From: Lachnospiraceae bacterium
GTDB lineage: Bacteria; Bacillota; Clostridia; Lachnospirales; Lachnospiraceae
Reading direction: 5' to 3'
Assembly (NCBI GenBank): GCA_963666475.2
Contig: CAXXJM010000001.1
Span: 630,019 to 694,018, forward strand
DNA: 64,000 nucleotides
Shown: piece by piece, positions 38,735 through 47,599 of the stretch
Layout of the letters: the number at the start of each line of letters is the position of its first letter
Position numbering within the stretch: position 1 is the stretch's first letter
Program-made: the position numbers and the translations under genes
Notes under the pieces: generated by a model
Told to the model about the DNA's origin: nothing
What the model saw: the letters and a program-made list of their open reading frames with translations, nothing else
Databases searched by the model: none

Positions 38735-40171
38735 CTATATTGTACCGTGCTTTTTCGCAGGGCGATCTTCTCTTTTTGTAAATAGAACCTCAAAAGCACT
38801 GATGATGTATTTTCTTGTATCTTCTGGTGCAATAACTTGATCTACATATCCATGTTTCGCAGCACTTAACACGCTATTTTGAATTTGTTCATATTCTTTT
38901 TGATAAGATTCTATTTGCTCAGTCCCTTCGCCTTCACACATAATCTGCGCTGCACTTTTTGCTTCCATCATTCCAATTTTCGCATCCGTCCATGCAATCG
39001 TCAGATCCGCTCCAATTGCTTTGGAATTCATAGCAATATAAGAAGTACCAAATGCTTCACCTGTAATAACATTCACTTTAGGAACCGTAGCCTGGGCAAA
39101 TGCATACGTCATTTTAGCGACTGCTTTCGAAATTTTCTTTTCCGCATGCACAGTGGCTTCCAATCCAACTACATTGGTAAGTGATAGCACCGGGATGTCA
39201 AAAGCATCACAAAATGTAATAAAATCAGCTGCCTTCTCACATCCTAATACCGTCAGGGAGTCCGACAAAGTCTCAGTCACTTCACCAGAATTGTCCATTA
39301 CTACTGAGCGGTTTGCAATTGCTCCGACCGTTTGTCCATTTAAACGAATAAATGCAGTGACCATTTCTTTTGCATACCCTGCTTTTACTTCGAACATCAC
39401 ACCTTGATCTGAAATTACGCGAAGGGCATTGGCTGAATCGTCTCTAAAAGTTTCCAAATAATTACACTTGCGGTTCAGATCATCCAAACATTCATCGTAG
39501 GACATATCGTATTCGTTATTGGAAGGTAACATGGACACAAGTTCTCGTATTTTATCGTATAGTTCATCTTCAGCAGCAACTACATCCGCTAGTCCGCTTT
39601 CTTGCTCATGAAATTTTGCAGAAGAAGTATCTGTTTTTTCAATTCGATTGCCAGCCAACGCATTTGGTGAATTTGCAAATAATTTTGCATGTTCGACATC
39701 CATAAATACAAAATCACTTAAAGCAGTCATAATAGATAAACCGCCACCACAAGAACCAAATACAACTGATATTTGCGGAATCACACCGGAAGCCATGACT
39801 TGTTTATGATAGATTTCTCCAAAGGCATTTAAAGCATCCGTTGCTTCTTGTAAACGCAGTCCTGCCGAATCTAATAGACCAATGATTGGTGCACCGGTTT
39901 TTAACGCCATGTTATAAAGATTTACGATCTTTTTTGCATGCATCTCTCCAACGGAACCTTTTAAAGCGGATACGTCTTGGCTGTATACATATACAAGGGT
40001 ATTTTCAATCACTCCATATCCTGTGATTACACCGTCACCAGGAGCATTCGTTTCTTTCATGTTGAAATCCGTACTTCTAGCCGAAACGCTAGCTCCGATT
40101 TCAACAAAGCTATTTTCATCGAGTAATTGATTGATTCTGCTACTCGCTAAACTTGTTGAACTGGTACTCAT
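38735..40171 (-). CDS. Acyl-CoA carboxyltransferase (MmdA/GcdA/PccB family), short form
   Basis: 478 aa. Two crotonase-like halves with VFGSCGGGLS and a GEAFGTSYIAM-type oxyanion region. Substrate not assignable by eye. Confidence 0.8.
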   Translation of the reverse strand: MSTSSTSLASSRINQLLDENSFVEIGASVSARSTDFNMKETNAPGDGVITGYGVIENTLVYVYSQDVSALKGSVGEMHAKKIVNLYNMALKTGAPIIGLLDSAGLRLQEATDALNAFGEIYHKQVMASGVIPQISVVFGSCGGGLSIMTALSDFVFMDVEHAKLFANSPNALAGNRIEKTDTSSAKFHEQESGLADVVAAEDELYDKIRELVSMLPSNNEYDMSYDECLDDLNRKCNYLETFRDDSANALRVISDQGVMFEVKAGYAKEMVTAFIRLNGQTVGAIANRSVVMDNSGEVTETLSDSLTVLGCEKAADFITFCDAFDIPVLSLTNVVGLEATVHAEKKISKAVAKMTYAFAQATVPKVNVITGEAFGTSYIAMNSKAIGADLTIAWTDAKIGMMEAKSAAQIMCEGEGTEQIESYQKEYEQIQNSVLSAAKHGYVDQVIAPEDTRKYIISAFEVLFTKREDRPAKKHGTI

Positions 40172-40317
40172 CTTTTGCCCTCCATTTAACCATATTTATA
40201 AGTATTTTTCGCTAAAATTATATATTTATACAGTATTTAGTATACCATATTGAAAAACATCCTACTAGTCAATACCCGAATAATTTTTAAACAATTTTCT
40301 AAATATTGTACAAAAAA

Positions 40318-40348
40318 ACAAACAAGGCTACAGTTTCTCCTTGTTTGT
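40318..40348 (-). terminator. Rho-independent terminator of the EAL-CBS-GGDEF gene
   Basis: On the minus strand: ACAAACAAGG, 11-nt loop, CCTTGTTTGT, followed by T6. Confidence 0.75.
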
Positions 40349-40357
40349 TCTTACAAT

Positions 40358-42118
40358 TCAGATTACTAGTCCAATTCTCTTAATACTATTACCAATAACC
40401 TTCTTGCTCTCCTTTTTAATCATTGCCAGTTTCTTTGAAAATTCATTTAAAGAATCAAATTTTAAAAATTTATTATCCATAATGGCAATCGAAATCGTCA
40501 CAATTGGAAAGGTATCTTGAAATCCGTTTCGATTCTTCGAGACAATATATTGTCTTTCCCAATCATCTTCACTATAAAGGGATTGTACTTCTTTTCGAAA
40601 CTCTTCTATGATTTTTTCACAAAGCATTTCAATATCAAAATAATCTGCAATGATCACAAAATCGTCTCCCCCAACATGTCCTTTGAATTCATTTTTTTTA
40701 CAGCACTCATGAATACATTTTACCATTGTTTTAATCATGAGATCTCCATTATTAAATCCATATGCATCATTATATGCTTTAAAATTATCCAAATCTAAAT
40801 ATACAATAGAATATGGCTTAGTTCCATAAATGTGCTCCTCAACAGCTTTTTCAATCGCAACATTTCCTGGCAATCCCGTCAGTGGGTTTGCATCACCTGC
40901 ACGAGAGACCTGAATTTCAACTGCCGACTCCAATAAGTCCTTTACCGTAACCACTCCATGATATTTCCCCGCACTCGTTACAATTACAGAGTCATAAATA
41001 TTACACTCAGGACGAATCAATGCCATTTTTGAAACCACTTCAATTGGTGTATTTTCATCAACGGCCAGGAAATTTTCATCCATTATTTCTCCACACGTCT
41101 TTTTGAAATGAAGATAATATCCATATCTCCCCCCGTATTTTTCATTCAGAAGATGTCTCGTGATCATTCCACAGACAATTTCCGAATCATCTGTTACACA
41201 GACTTCATTGATTGTTTCATCAATTCTTAATTCCTCAAATAAATCAAATCCTGATTTTTCAACGTGTGAAACGTTCTTTTTTTTCGAAATCGTACCTACA
41301 CTTCCAAAAAAGGAGGGTTTGTAATTACCAGAAAGTTTGCTCCAAAAGGTCTTTGTAATTAGTGCTATCAATTCTTTCGAGATTTTTTGCATCTCTTTTT
41401 TCGGTTTTTGTATATAATACCCCTGTCCATAGTCTACTCCCAGCCGAATCAATTGAATTAATTCTTCTTTGGTTTCAATTCCTTCTGCGATCAAACGCAT
41501 ATTCGCATTTTTACAGAACAATACAAATCCTTCAACAAGTGATTGTTTAATTTCATCCTTATCGATATCTCGAACCAATGCCATGTCAATTTTAATATAT
41601 TTTGGATGAAGAACGCTTAGTCGATTCAACCCCGCATAACCTGCCCCAAAATCATCTATAGCAATTTGAAAATTTCTTTTTCGATAATGATCGATGATTT
41701 CACGAAACTTAGTAGGATCCGCAATAGATGTTCGCTCCGTAATTTCAAATACAATTTCTTCTGCCGATAAATTATATTGACTTAATATTTTTTCAGTAAC
41801 GCCTTCTTCAAAATCAACATCATTCATTATGCCAGGTGATACATTAATAAATAACTTTTCACCTCGCGGTTTATTCCGTGCATTTTTAATTGATTTTTTT
41901 CGACATAGTTCCTCAAGTTGCCAACTACGTCCCAACGCTTCCGCAAGTATGAACATTTCTTCTACGTGGAAGCTACATGAATCCATGTCAATTCGACTTA
42001 ACGCTTCATATCCTAAGATGCTTCCACTTTCAAGACTGATGATTGGTTGATATACTGATACAATTTTCTCCCCTTCAAGCAACTCCATAAAATCATTCTT
42101 TTTTTCAAATACATTCAT
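40358..42118 (-). CDS. EAL - tandem CBS - GGDEF domain protein (c-di-GMP phosphodiesterase with degenerate GGDDF cyclase domain)
   Basis: EAL domain: YQPIISL...GYEALSR, FEITERTS, IDDFGAGYAG, IKIDMALV, AEGIETKEE, GQGYY. CBS pair in the middle. C-terminal YLDLDNFKAYND...GHVGGDDFVIIA. Confidence 0.85.
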   Translation of the reverse strand: MNVFEKKNDFMELLEGEKIVSVYQPIISLESGSILGYEALSRIDMDSCSFHVEEMFILAEALGRSWQLEELCRKKSIKNARNKPRGEKLFINVSPGIMNDVDFEEGVTEKILSQYNLSAEEIVFEITERTSIADPTKFREIIDHYRKRNFQIAIDDFGAGYAGLNRLSVLHPKYIKIDMALVRDIDKDEIKQSLVEGFVLFCKNANMRLIAEGIETKEELIQLIRLGVDYGQGYYIQKPKKEMQKISKELIALITKTFWSKLSGNYKPSFFGSVGTISKKKNVSHVEKSGFDLFEELRIDETINEVCVTDDSEIVCGMITRHLLNEKYGGRYGYYLHFKKTCGEIMDENFLAVDENTPIEVVSKMALIRPECNIYDSVIVTSAGKYHGVVTVKDLLESAVEIQVSRAGDANPLTGLPGNVAIEKAVEEHIYGTKPYSIVYLDLDNFKAYNDAYGFNNGDLMIKTMVKCIHECCKKNEFKGHVGGDDFVIIADYFDIEMLCEKIIEEFRKEVQSLYSEDDWERQYIVSKNRNGFQDTFPIVTISIAIMDNKFLKFDSLNEFSKKLAMIKKESKKVIGNSIKRIGLVI

Positions 42119-42153
42119 AATTACATTCCTTTACACCTAATAGTACCAAAATC

Positions 42154-42172
42154 ATACCAATTGACTTGGTAT
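42154..42172. promoter_or_regulatory. Inverted repeat upstream of the EAL-CBS-GGDEF gene (candidate operator)
   Basis: ATACCAA-TTGAC-TTGGTAT, with a third TACCAA copy at 42144-42149. Lies 36-54 nt upstream of the start codon. Confidence 0.3.
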
Positions 42173-42219
42173 AAAGAAATCACTATTTATGTAAATTTTC
42201 GTAAAATGTATGTAAAAAC

Positions 42220-42258
42220 CCGCGAAATACCACGTTGGGCAAACGTGATCCTTCGCGG
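42220..42258 (-). terminator. Rho-independent terminator of the hydrogenase operon
   Basis: On the minus strand: CCGCGAA..CACGTT-TGCCC-AACGTG..TTCGCGG followed by GTTTTT. Confidence 0.75.
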
Positions 42259-42273
42259 CCTCATAAGGATTAT

Positions 42274-43698
42274 TTATCTCAATACGCTGGTTGCGTCTAA
42301 GATGCTTTTTTCATAAGCTTCTTTTCCATACTTGTCGACTTCAGTTTTGTCTTTCACACCGTGTGTCAGACAACCGGCTCCGCCGATACATCCACCAATA
42401 CAAGCCATGCCTTCTACAAAATTTTCTTTTAGAAGACCTTTTTCAAGTTTGAACAATGCTTTTTTACATTCCTCAATGCCATCGCATGCAATAGCATTCA
42501 AGACAAAGGTATCGTTTTCAAGTTCCTTGATACCTTCCCGAATCGCGTCTGTTAAACCTCCACTTCTTGCGAAGATACGTCCATAATAGGAGGCATTATC
42601 TAATACATCTTCATCTAATTCCACGATATTTATATCCCTTGAATCGAACAATGCTTGTAATTCTTCAAAGGTAAGAACGCAATCTACATACTCTTTTACA
42701 GAATCCAACTGTTGTTCTTTTTTCTTAGCCACACAAGGACCTATAAAGATTACTTTTGCAGTAGAATCCACTTCTTTTATATATTTTGATATACATGCCA
42801 TCGGAGACAAATTGTGCGAAACATATTCCTCCGCATTTGGAAAACCATTTTTCACGTACTGCACAAACGCTGGACAGCAGGAGCTTGTTAATTTTCCTTT
42901 TTCAATTAGTTCTTTTGTTTCTTCGAGCGCCACCATATCTGCACCAAGCGCAGCTTCAACTACCGTATGGAAGCCTAGATTTTTTATTCCAGTAATTACC
43001 TGGCCAAGTTTGGCGTATACAAACTGACTCGAAATAGAAGGTGCTACAACTGCATATACTTTATATTTTTTATTATTTTCAGATTCCTTGATCAAACGAA
43101 TCGCATCTAGTAAAAATGATTTTTCTACAATTGCTCCAAACGGACACTGGTATACACATGCACCACATGCAATACATTTATCGTTGTCGATTTGTGCAGC
43201 ATGATCTTCTCTCATAGAAATAGCGTTCACTTTACATGCATTCTCGCATGGTCTTTTACGATTAATAATTGCAGTATAGGGACATACCTTCGCGCATAGA
43301 CCACATTCCACACACTTTGATTTATCAATATGTGCTTTTTGATTGGAATCAAAGGAAATTGCATTTCTCGGGCAAACTTCTTCGCACCTGTGAGCGATGC
43401 ACCCACGACAAGCATTCGTAACTTCATAACCACCGACCGGACAATCATCACACGCAATGTCAATTACTTCTACAATGTTTGGATTTGTAGAATCTCCTCC
43501 CATTGCAAGTTTTACTCGTTCACCTACGATTGCACGTTCTTTATAAACGCAACATCTCATTTTCGCCTCTTTCCCAGGTACAACTGCACGTGGAATATCC
43601 AAAAGATGATTTGTTAAATCACCTGCGAATTCATGTATGGCAACTTCTTTGATTACTTTATATTTTAATAATTGAACTTTTGTATCAAATTTTCTCAT
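42274..43698 (-). CDS. [FeFe] hydrogenase-like protein with complete H-cluster motifs and N-terminal multi-[4Fe-4S] region
   Basis: L1 LTSSCCPAF, L2 IGPCVAKKKE, L3 VEGMACIGGCIGG. Several CxxCxxCxxxCP motifs lie upstream. Confidence 0.8.
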   Translation of the reverse strand: MRKFDTKVQLLKYKVIKEVAIHEFAGDLTNHLLDIPRAVVPGKEAKMRCCVYKERAIVGERVKLAMGGDSTNPNIVEVIDIACDDCPVGGYEVTNACRGCIAHRCEEVCPRNAISFDSNQKAHIDKSKCVECGLCAKVCPYTAIINRKRPCENACKVNAISMREDHAAQIDNDKCIACGACVYQCPFGAIVEKSFLLDAIRLIKESENNKKYKVYAVVAPSISSQFVYAKLGQVITGIKNLGFHTVVEAALGADMVALEETKELIEKGKLTSSCCPAFVQYVKNGFPNAEEYVSHNLSPMACISKYIKEVDSTAKVIFIGPCVAKKKEQQLDSVKEYVDCVLTFEELQALFDSRDINIVELDEDVLDNASYYGRIFARSGGLTDAIREGIKELENDTFVLNAIACDGIEECKKALFKLEKGLLKENFVEGMACIGGCIGGAGCLTHGVKDKTEVDKYGKEAYEKSILDATSVLR

Positions 43699-43757
43699 AA
43701 TAATTATGCCTTTCCAAACGCCATATAAAAGATATCGGAATCACTTGATTCACATTT

Positions 43758-44930
43758 TTAAAAATAGCTGACTTTGATATGTTTTCCCATTTTTTTCAGA
43801 CACTCGGATAGTTCTTCAACCAAGTGCATCTTAATACTGAAATTGATTGGAAGATCTGGATTCTGATGAGCAGGGTTTATTGCTTTTCCCACATAAAAAT
43901 TGATGTCTGTCGCTTCTTCAAATAACAAACGACAAATCTTAGAGGCTCCATCCTTCCCCGTATTCCATATCTGATATTTTTCATTTCTTTCAACATAATC
44001 TTTTGCAAGTTCTAATACTCGATTAATGGTAATTACGCCTTCTGTAACCAAATCTACACCTTCTAAAGAAGCAGTTGGCGGAATTTTCTTATCATAAAAA
44101 TCCAATGAAGGAATTAATGGTTTTTTTAAATATTGAGCGGCGATTTTTGAAGTCGTACCACCACATATAATATGTTTTCCTTTTTTGGAAAAGAACAAAT
44201 TCATCATCTTGTCAGAGTCATCTGGATCAATCGGTGGACCAAACAAAAGATTCATAGGTTCACGTTTACGAATTCGAACGGTACAAATCGTTGTATCATC
44301 GCCAGGTTCTCCACCATATAAACGCACGCACTCATCCAATAAAATTGTTGTAAGCGTTTTAGCTGTTAATCCTACTTCCGAAAAATTTTCCATAAAAAGG
44401 ATAATATCTTTGCGTTCCCATCCAAAGTTCAGGTTCATTCCAACCCCTGCATGAATCGCACCATCACTCATCATAATAAAAGTATCGTCTTCTAATAAAT
44501 TGATCGTTGAATGATAAATCTGTTTTCCATCAATATTCATAAGAGAAGTTGGAATTTCTTGATTCTTCCCACCTCGTAATAAAATCACATGTGGATTATC
44601 ATATTGAATAATATTTGCATATTCATTCTCCACAATATGAAAAATCGTAAATGTTGAATACGCGACTTGTCGTTCCTGACATACTGGTAGTGTTGCTGCG
44701 ATTGTTTCTACACAATCCGTAATATCCATGTTATTAGCCATCATTGTCGAAATGATTTTGGCAGTAAGTTTTGACAAAATATTTGCCTTGACCCCACTTC
44801 CGAGTCCATCAGCAAGAACAATGACTACTCGATTTTCATCCTGCCAAACAACTTCAATATTATCTCCTGATAATTCTTCTTTATATTTATTGACTCCGCG
44901 ATAACCAATGTCTACACAAAGATCATTCAT
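43758..44930 (-). CDS. PP2C/SpoIIE-family serine phosphatase with ~170-aa uncharacterised C-terminal domain
   Basis: SGDNIEV...VLADGLGSGVKANILS...IMMSDGA. The start overlaps the upstream HydS-like stop by 8 nt. Confidence 0.8.
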   Translation of the reverse strand: MNDLCVDIGYRGVNKYKEELSGDNIEVVWQDENRVVIVLADGLGSGVKANILSKLTAKIISTMMANNMDITDCVETIAATLPVCQERQVAYSTFTIFHIVENEYANIIQYDNPHVILLRGGKNQEIPTSLMNIDGKQIYHSTINLLEDDTFIMMSDGAIHAGVGMNLNFGWERKDIILFMENFSEVGLTAKTLTTILLDECVRLYGGEPGDDTTICTVRIRKREPMNLLFGPPIDPDDSDKMMNLFFSKKGKHIICGGTTSKIAAQYLKKPLIPSLDFYDKKIPPTASLEGVDLVTEGVITINRVLELAKDYVERNEKYQIWNTGKDGASKICRLLFEEATDINFYVGKAINPAHQNPDLPINFSIKMHLVEELSECLKKMGKHIKVSYF

Positions 44931-46602
44931 CTTTCATTGACTCCTTTAACTTCGTTAACGCAATTTTCGTTTCTGCTACAGTTTCTCCTAGCAATGATGT
45001 GATGTCCTGAACGATTCTCATTTGCTTGTTGACTACCTGGTCTGCCGTCTCGATGGTCTGTTTGCTGAATATCTCTTTCATTTCCCGGGCACGTTCTTCC
45101 ACTGTCACATCTCTTAAAATACATATCAAAATTCGATATTCTCGATCATAAACAATCGTTTCGTCTACATATTTATTATATTCTGCAAGATAAACACGTT
45201 TGTCTCGAATGTCTTTTCCAGTCTTTTTCACAGTAATAAAATCTTTCGGATCAAGAATTCGAACCACTTGATCTCCTAAAATATCTTGTGCGGAATTGAT
45301 ATTAACAATACGGCAAGCAGCACGATTCAATTGCTGAACTTCAAAATTTTCATTGATCACCAGAATTCCGTTCGGACTATTGCTGATAATGTTATCCGAA
45401 AAACTTTCCGCTCTTTCTTTTAAATATGGCATGCACATCGTCAAATCTGCTTTCCCTTGGAATACAGCGATTGCCTTGTCACGACAAGAGTCATAACCAC
45501 ATGAACCACAGTTCAATTCATCTTCTTTGGACATTTTACCCATTTGTTGTAAGATCGTACGAACCTCTATTTCAGTTGGCATTAAAGATTTTCTACCAAT
45601 GTATTCGATTCTTTTTTTCATATCTTCACGAGCAGGCATTTCAACGAAAAAATCCTCTGTACCACTATAAGATGAAACTTCTGCAAAATTTCTTAGTGGA
45701 AATTTGTGATATTTTTCCATAACAGGACCGCCGATACAACTTCCAATACAAGCAGACATCTCAATAAAACAGTTGCTTAATGTTCCATTTTCAATTTCCT
45801 CTAATGCAGATTTACAATTATCGACACCATCAATTGCATAATAAGTATAGTTTTCATTTTTTTCCATGGTTTTGATGATTCCACCAGTTGTTGGAAACAA
45901 TCTTGCTTTTGATCTATTTTCAAAATCCTTTTCCGCTTCTGGAATAATGTTTTCTGCTTCAAGCCAACTACTCAATTGTTCAAAAGTTAAAACCGCATCT
46001 ACGATTCCTTCGTAATATTCCCCTTCATCCTTTTTGGCAACACAAGGTCCAATAAAAACCGTTTTCGCATTTGGATATCTTTTCTTAATATCCTTACAAT
46101 GTGCCTGCATAGGTGAAATACATTTCGCCAAGAAAGGAAGCGCCCCTTGAAAATGCTTCTGTATCAAAAGGTTTACAGAATGACAGCTGGAAGAAATAAG
46201 TATTTCCGGTCTGTCCTCATTCAAAATTCTTTCATATTCAGTTTTTACCTCAGTTGCTCCAATTGCAGTCTCTTCTACATCATAGAAACCGAGTTTCTTT
46301 AAAGCATTTCGTAACGATTCAATTCCTGCACCATTATAGTTTGCAATAAATGATGGAGCAAGAGAACAAATGACAGGCTCTTCCATGCCTAAATACATTT
46401 TTACTTTTTCTACATCACTTGTAATTTCTTTTGCATTTTGTGGGCATACTACAAAACACTGACCACATAAAATACACTCATTACCTACAATATTCGCCTG
46501 GTTCGCTGAAAAACGAATGGATTTAACCGGGCAGTTACGAATACACTTATAACAGTTTTTACAATTGGCTTTTTTTAATCTTAAAGGTTCTACTGACATC
46601 AA
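44923..46602 (-). CDS. Sensory-type [FeFe] hydrogenase (HydS-like): 2x[4Fe-4S], modified H-domain, extra Cys4 motif, PAS domain
   Basis: CKNCYKCIRNCP and CILCGQCFVVCP. L1 ISSSCHS (proton-relay Cys replaced), L2 IGPCVAKKDE, L3 EMSACIGSCIGGP. Then CGSCGYDSCRDKA...CMP, followed by a PAS-like segment (SPNGILVINENFEVQQLNRAACRIV). Confidence 0.8.
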   Translation of the reverse strand: MMSVEPLRLKKANCKNCYKCIRNCPVKSIRFSANQANIVGNECILCGQCFVVCPQNAKEITSDVEKVKMYLGMEEPVICSLAPSFIANYNGAGIESLRNALKKLGFYDVEETAIGATEVKTEYERILNEDRPEILISSSCHSVNLLIQKHFQGALPFLAKCISPMQAHCKDIKKRYPNAKTVFIGPCVAKKDEGEYYEGIVDAVLTFEQLSSWLEAENIIPEAEKDFENRSKARLFPTTGGIIKTMEKNENYTYYAIDGVDNCKSALEEIENGTLSNCFIEMSACIGSCIGGPVMEKYHKFPLRNFAEVSSYSGTEDFFVEMPAREDMKKRIEYIGRKSLMPTEIEVRTILQQMGKMSKEDELNCGSCGYDSCRDKAIAVFQGKADLTMCMPYLKERAESFSDNIISNSPNGILVINENFEVQQLNRAACRIVNINSAQDILGDQVVRILDPKDFITVKKTGKDIRDKRVYLAEYNKYVDETIVYDREYRILICILRDVTVEERAREMKEIFSKQTIETADQVVNKQMRIVQDITSLLGETVAETKIALTKLKESMKDE

Positions 46603-46626
46603 ATATCTCCTACTACGTATATAAAC

Positions 46627-46875
46627 TTACGCTTTTTGAAAACGTTCCATTACTTCTTCCTCAAAAAAAGAACGTGTTGATTCTGGTGAAACAGAATACA
46701 TTTCTTCATCAATCATGACACATACTCCTTTTTGACAATTCCCCATACAAAAAGTCCCAGCAAGTTCAATCTGATCTTGCATATTTCTCTCTGCTATTAA
46801 CTCTTTCATTTCTTCGACTACTTGTCTTGATCCTTTTAAATGACAAGAGCTCCCAATACATACCGTTACCTTCAT
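46627..46875 (-). CDS. Thioredoxin-like [2Fe-2S] ferredoxin domain protein
   Basis: 82 aa. Cys pattern CIGSSCHLKG...CMGNCQKGVC, as in NuoE/HydC-like 2Fe-2S modules. Confidence 0.65.
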   Translation of the reverse strand: MKVTVCIGSSCHLKGSRQVVEEMKELIAERNMQDQIELAGTFCMGNCQKGVCVMIDEEMYSVSPESTRSFFEEEVMERFQKA

Positions 46876-46907
46876 AAATAAATCCCTACCTTTCTCACTA
46901 GTACCCT

Positions 46908-47522
46908 TTATAATTGCATTGTTGAAGCGAGCATGGCAAACATGGTCGCCAAATTTATATTTTGAACTTGAACATCTGCTGGTACATTTAGATGAACTGG
47001 TGCAAAATTCATAATTGCACGTACACCAGATTCAACCAATCCATCCGTTATCTCCTGTGCGGCATGATCAGGTACACACAAAATAACCATCCGAATCCCC
47101 ATTCTCTTAACAAGATCATTTACTTTTGACATCGGAAAAATTTTTCTTCCATTTTCCATTCGAATTTCGTCCCCAAGATCAAATCCTGCTACTAATCTTA
47201 TTCCATACTCCTCAAATCCTTCATAGGAAAGAATGGCACTGCCGAGCCTACCACAGCCAATTACAACAGCATCAGAAGCATCTTTAAAACCCAGAAATGA
47301 TTCTAGGAGGTCAATTAATTCTAACATGTGATATCCAATTTTAGGTTTCCCCTGACCAGATACGCTCCCCAAATCTTTCCTCACCTGAACTTCACCCAAC
47401 GAAAGGGCTCTTGCAATGTTCGTTGCCGAAATATGATCATCCAACCCTGGATCCAATGACTTTAAATACTGCAGATAAATCGGTAATCGTTTTAGCGTTG
47501 TTTTTGATATACTTTTTTCCAT
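46908..47522 (-). CDS. rex: Redox-sensing transcriptional repressor Rex
   Basis: wHTH region (TLKRLPIYLQYLK) and Rossmann motif VIGCGRLGSA. Start moved to MEKSISK (47522), which follows GGAGAA; the longer start lacks an RBS. Confidence 0.9.
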   Translation of the reverse strand: MEKSISKTTLKRLPIYLQYLKSLDPGLDDHISATNIARALSLGEVQVRKDLGSVSGQGKPKIGYHMLELIDLLESFLGFKDASDAVVIGCGRLGSAILSYEGFEEYGIRLVAGFDLGDEIRMENGRKIFPMSKVNDLVKRMGIRMVILCVPDHAAQEITDGLVESGVRAIMNFAPVHLNVPADVQVQNINLATMFAMLASTMQL

Positions 47523-47555
47523 ATGTATTCTCCACGTGCAATCCATCCCTTTAGA

Positions 47556-47573
47556 TTGATATTATTATAACAA
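47556..47573. promoter_or_regulatory. Weak Rex-box-like site overlapping the -10 of the rex operon promoter
   Basis: On the minus strand: TTGTTAT-AATA-ATATCAA versus the clostridial Rex consensus TTGTTAA-N4-TTAACAA as I recall it (11/14, correct spacing). It overlaps TATAAT (47569-47564). Confidence 0.3.
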
Positions 47574-47599
47574 AGTTTTTGTCTTCTCTCTAATGTAAA

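Noticed and set aside
43705-43730. TGTGAATCAAGTGATTC between the PP2C and hydrogenase genes, considered as a Rex or CRP-type site.
   Set aside because: Only the left half (TGTGAA) matches Rex. The internal palindrome GAATCA..TGATTC fits no consensus I know, and the site lies inside a tightly packed operon.
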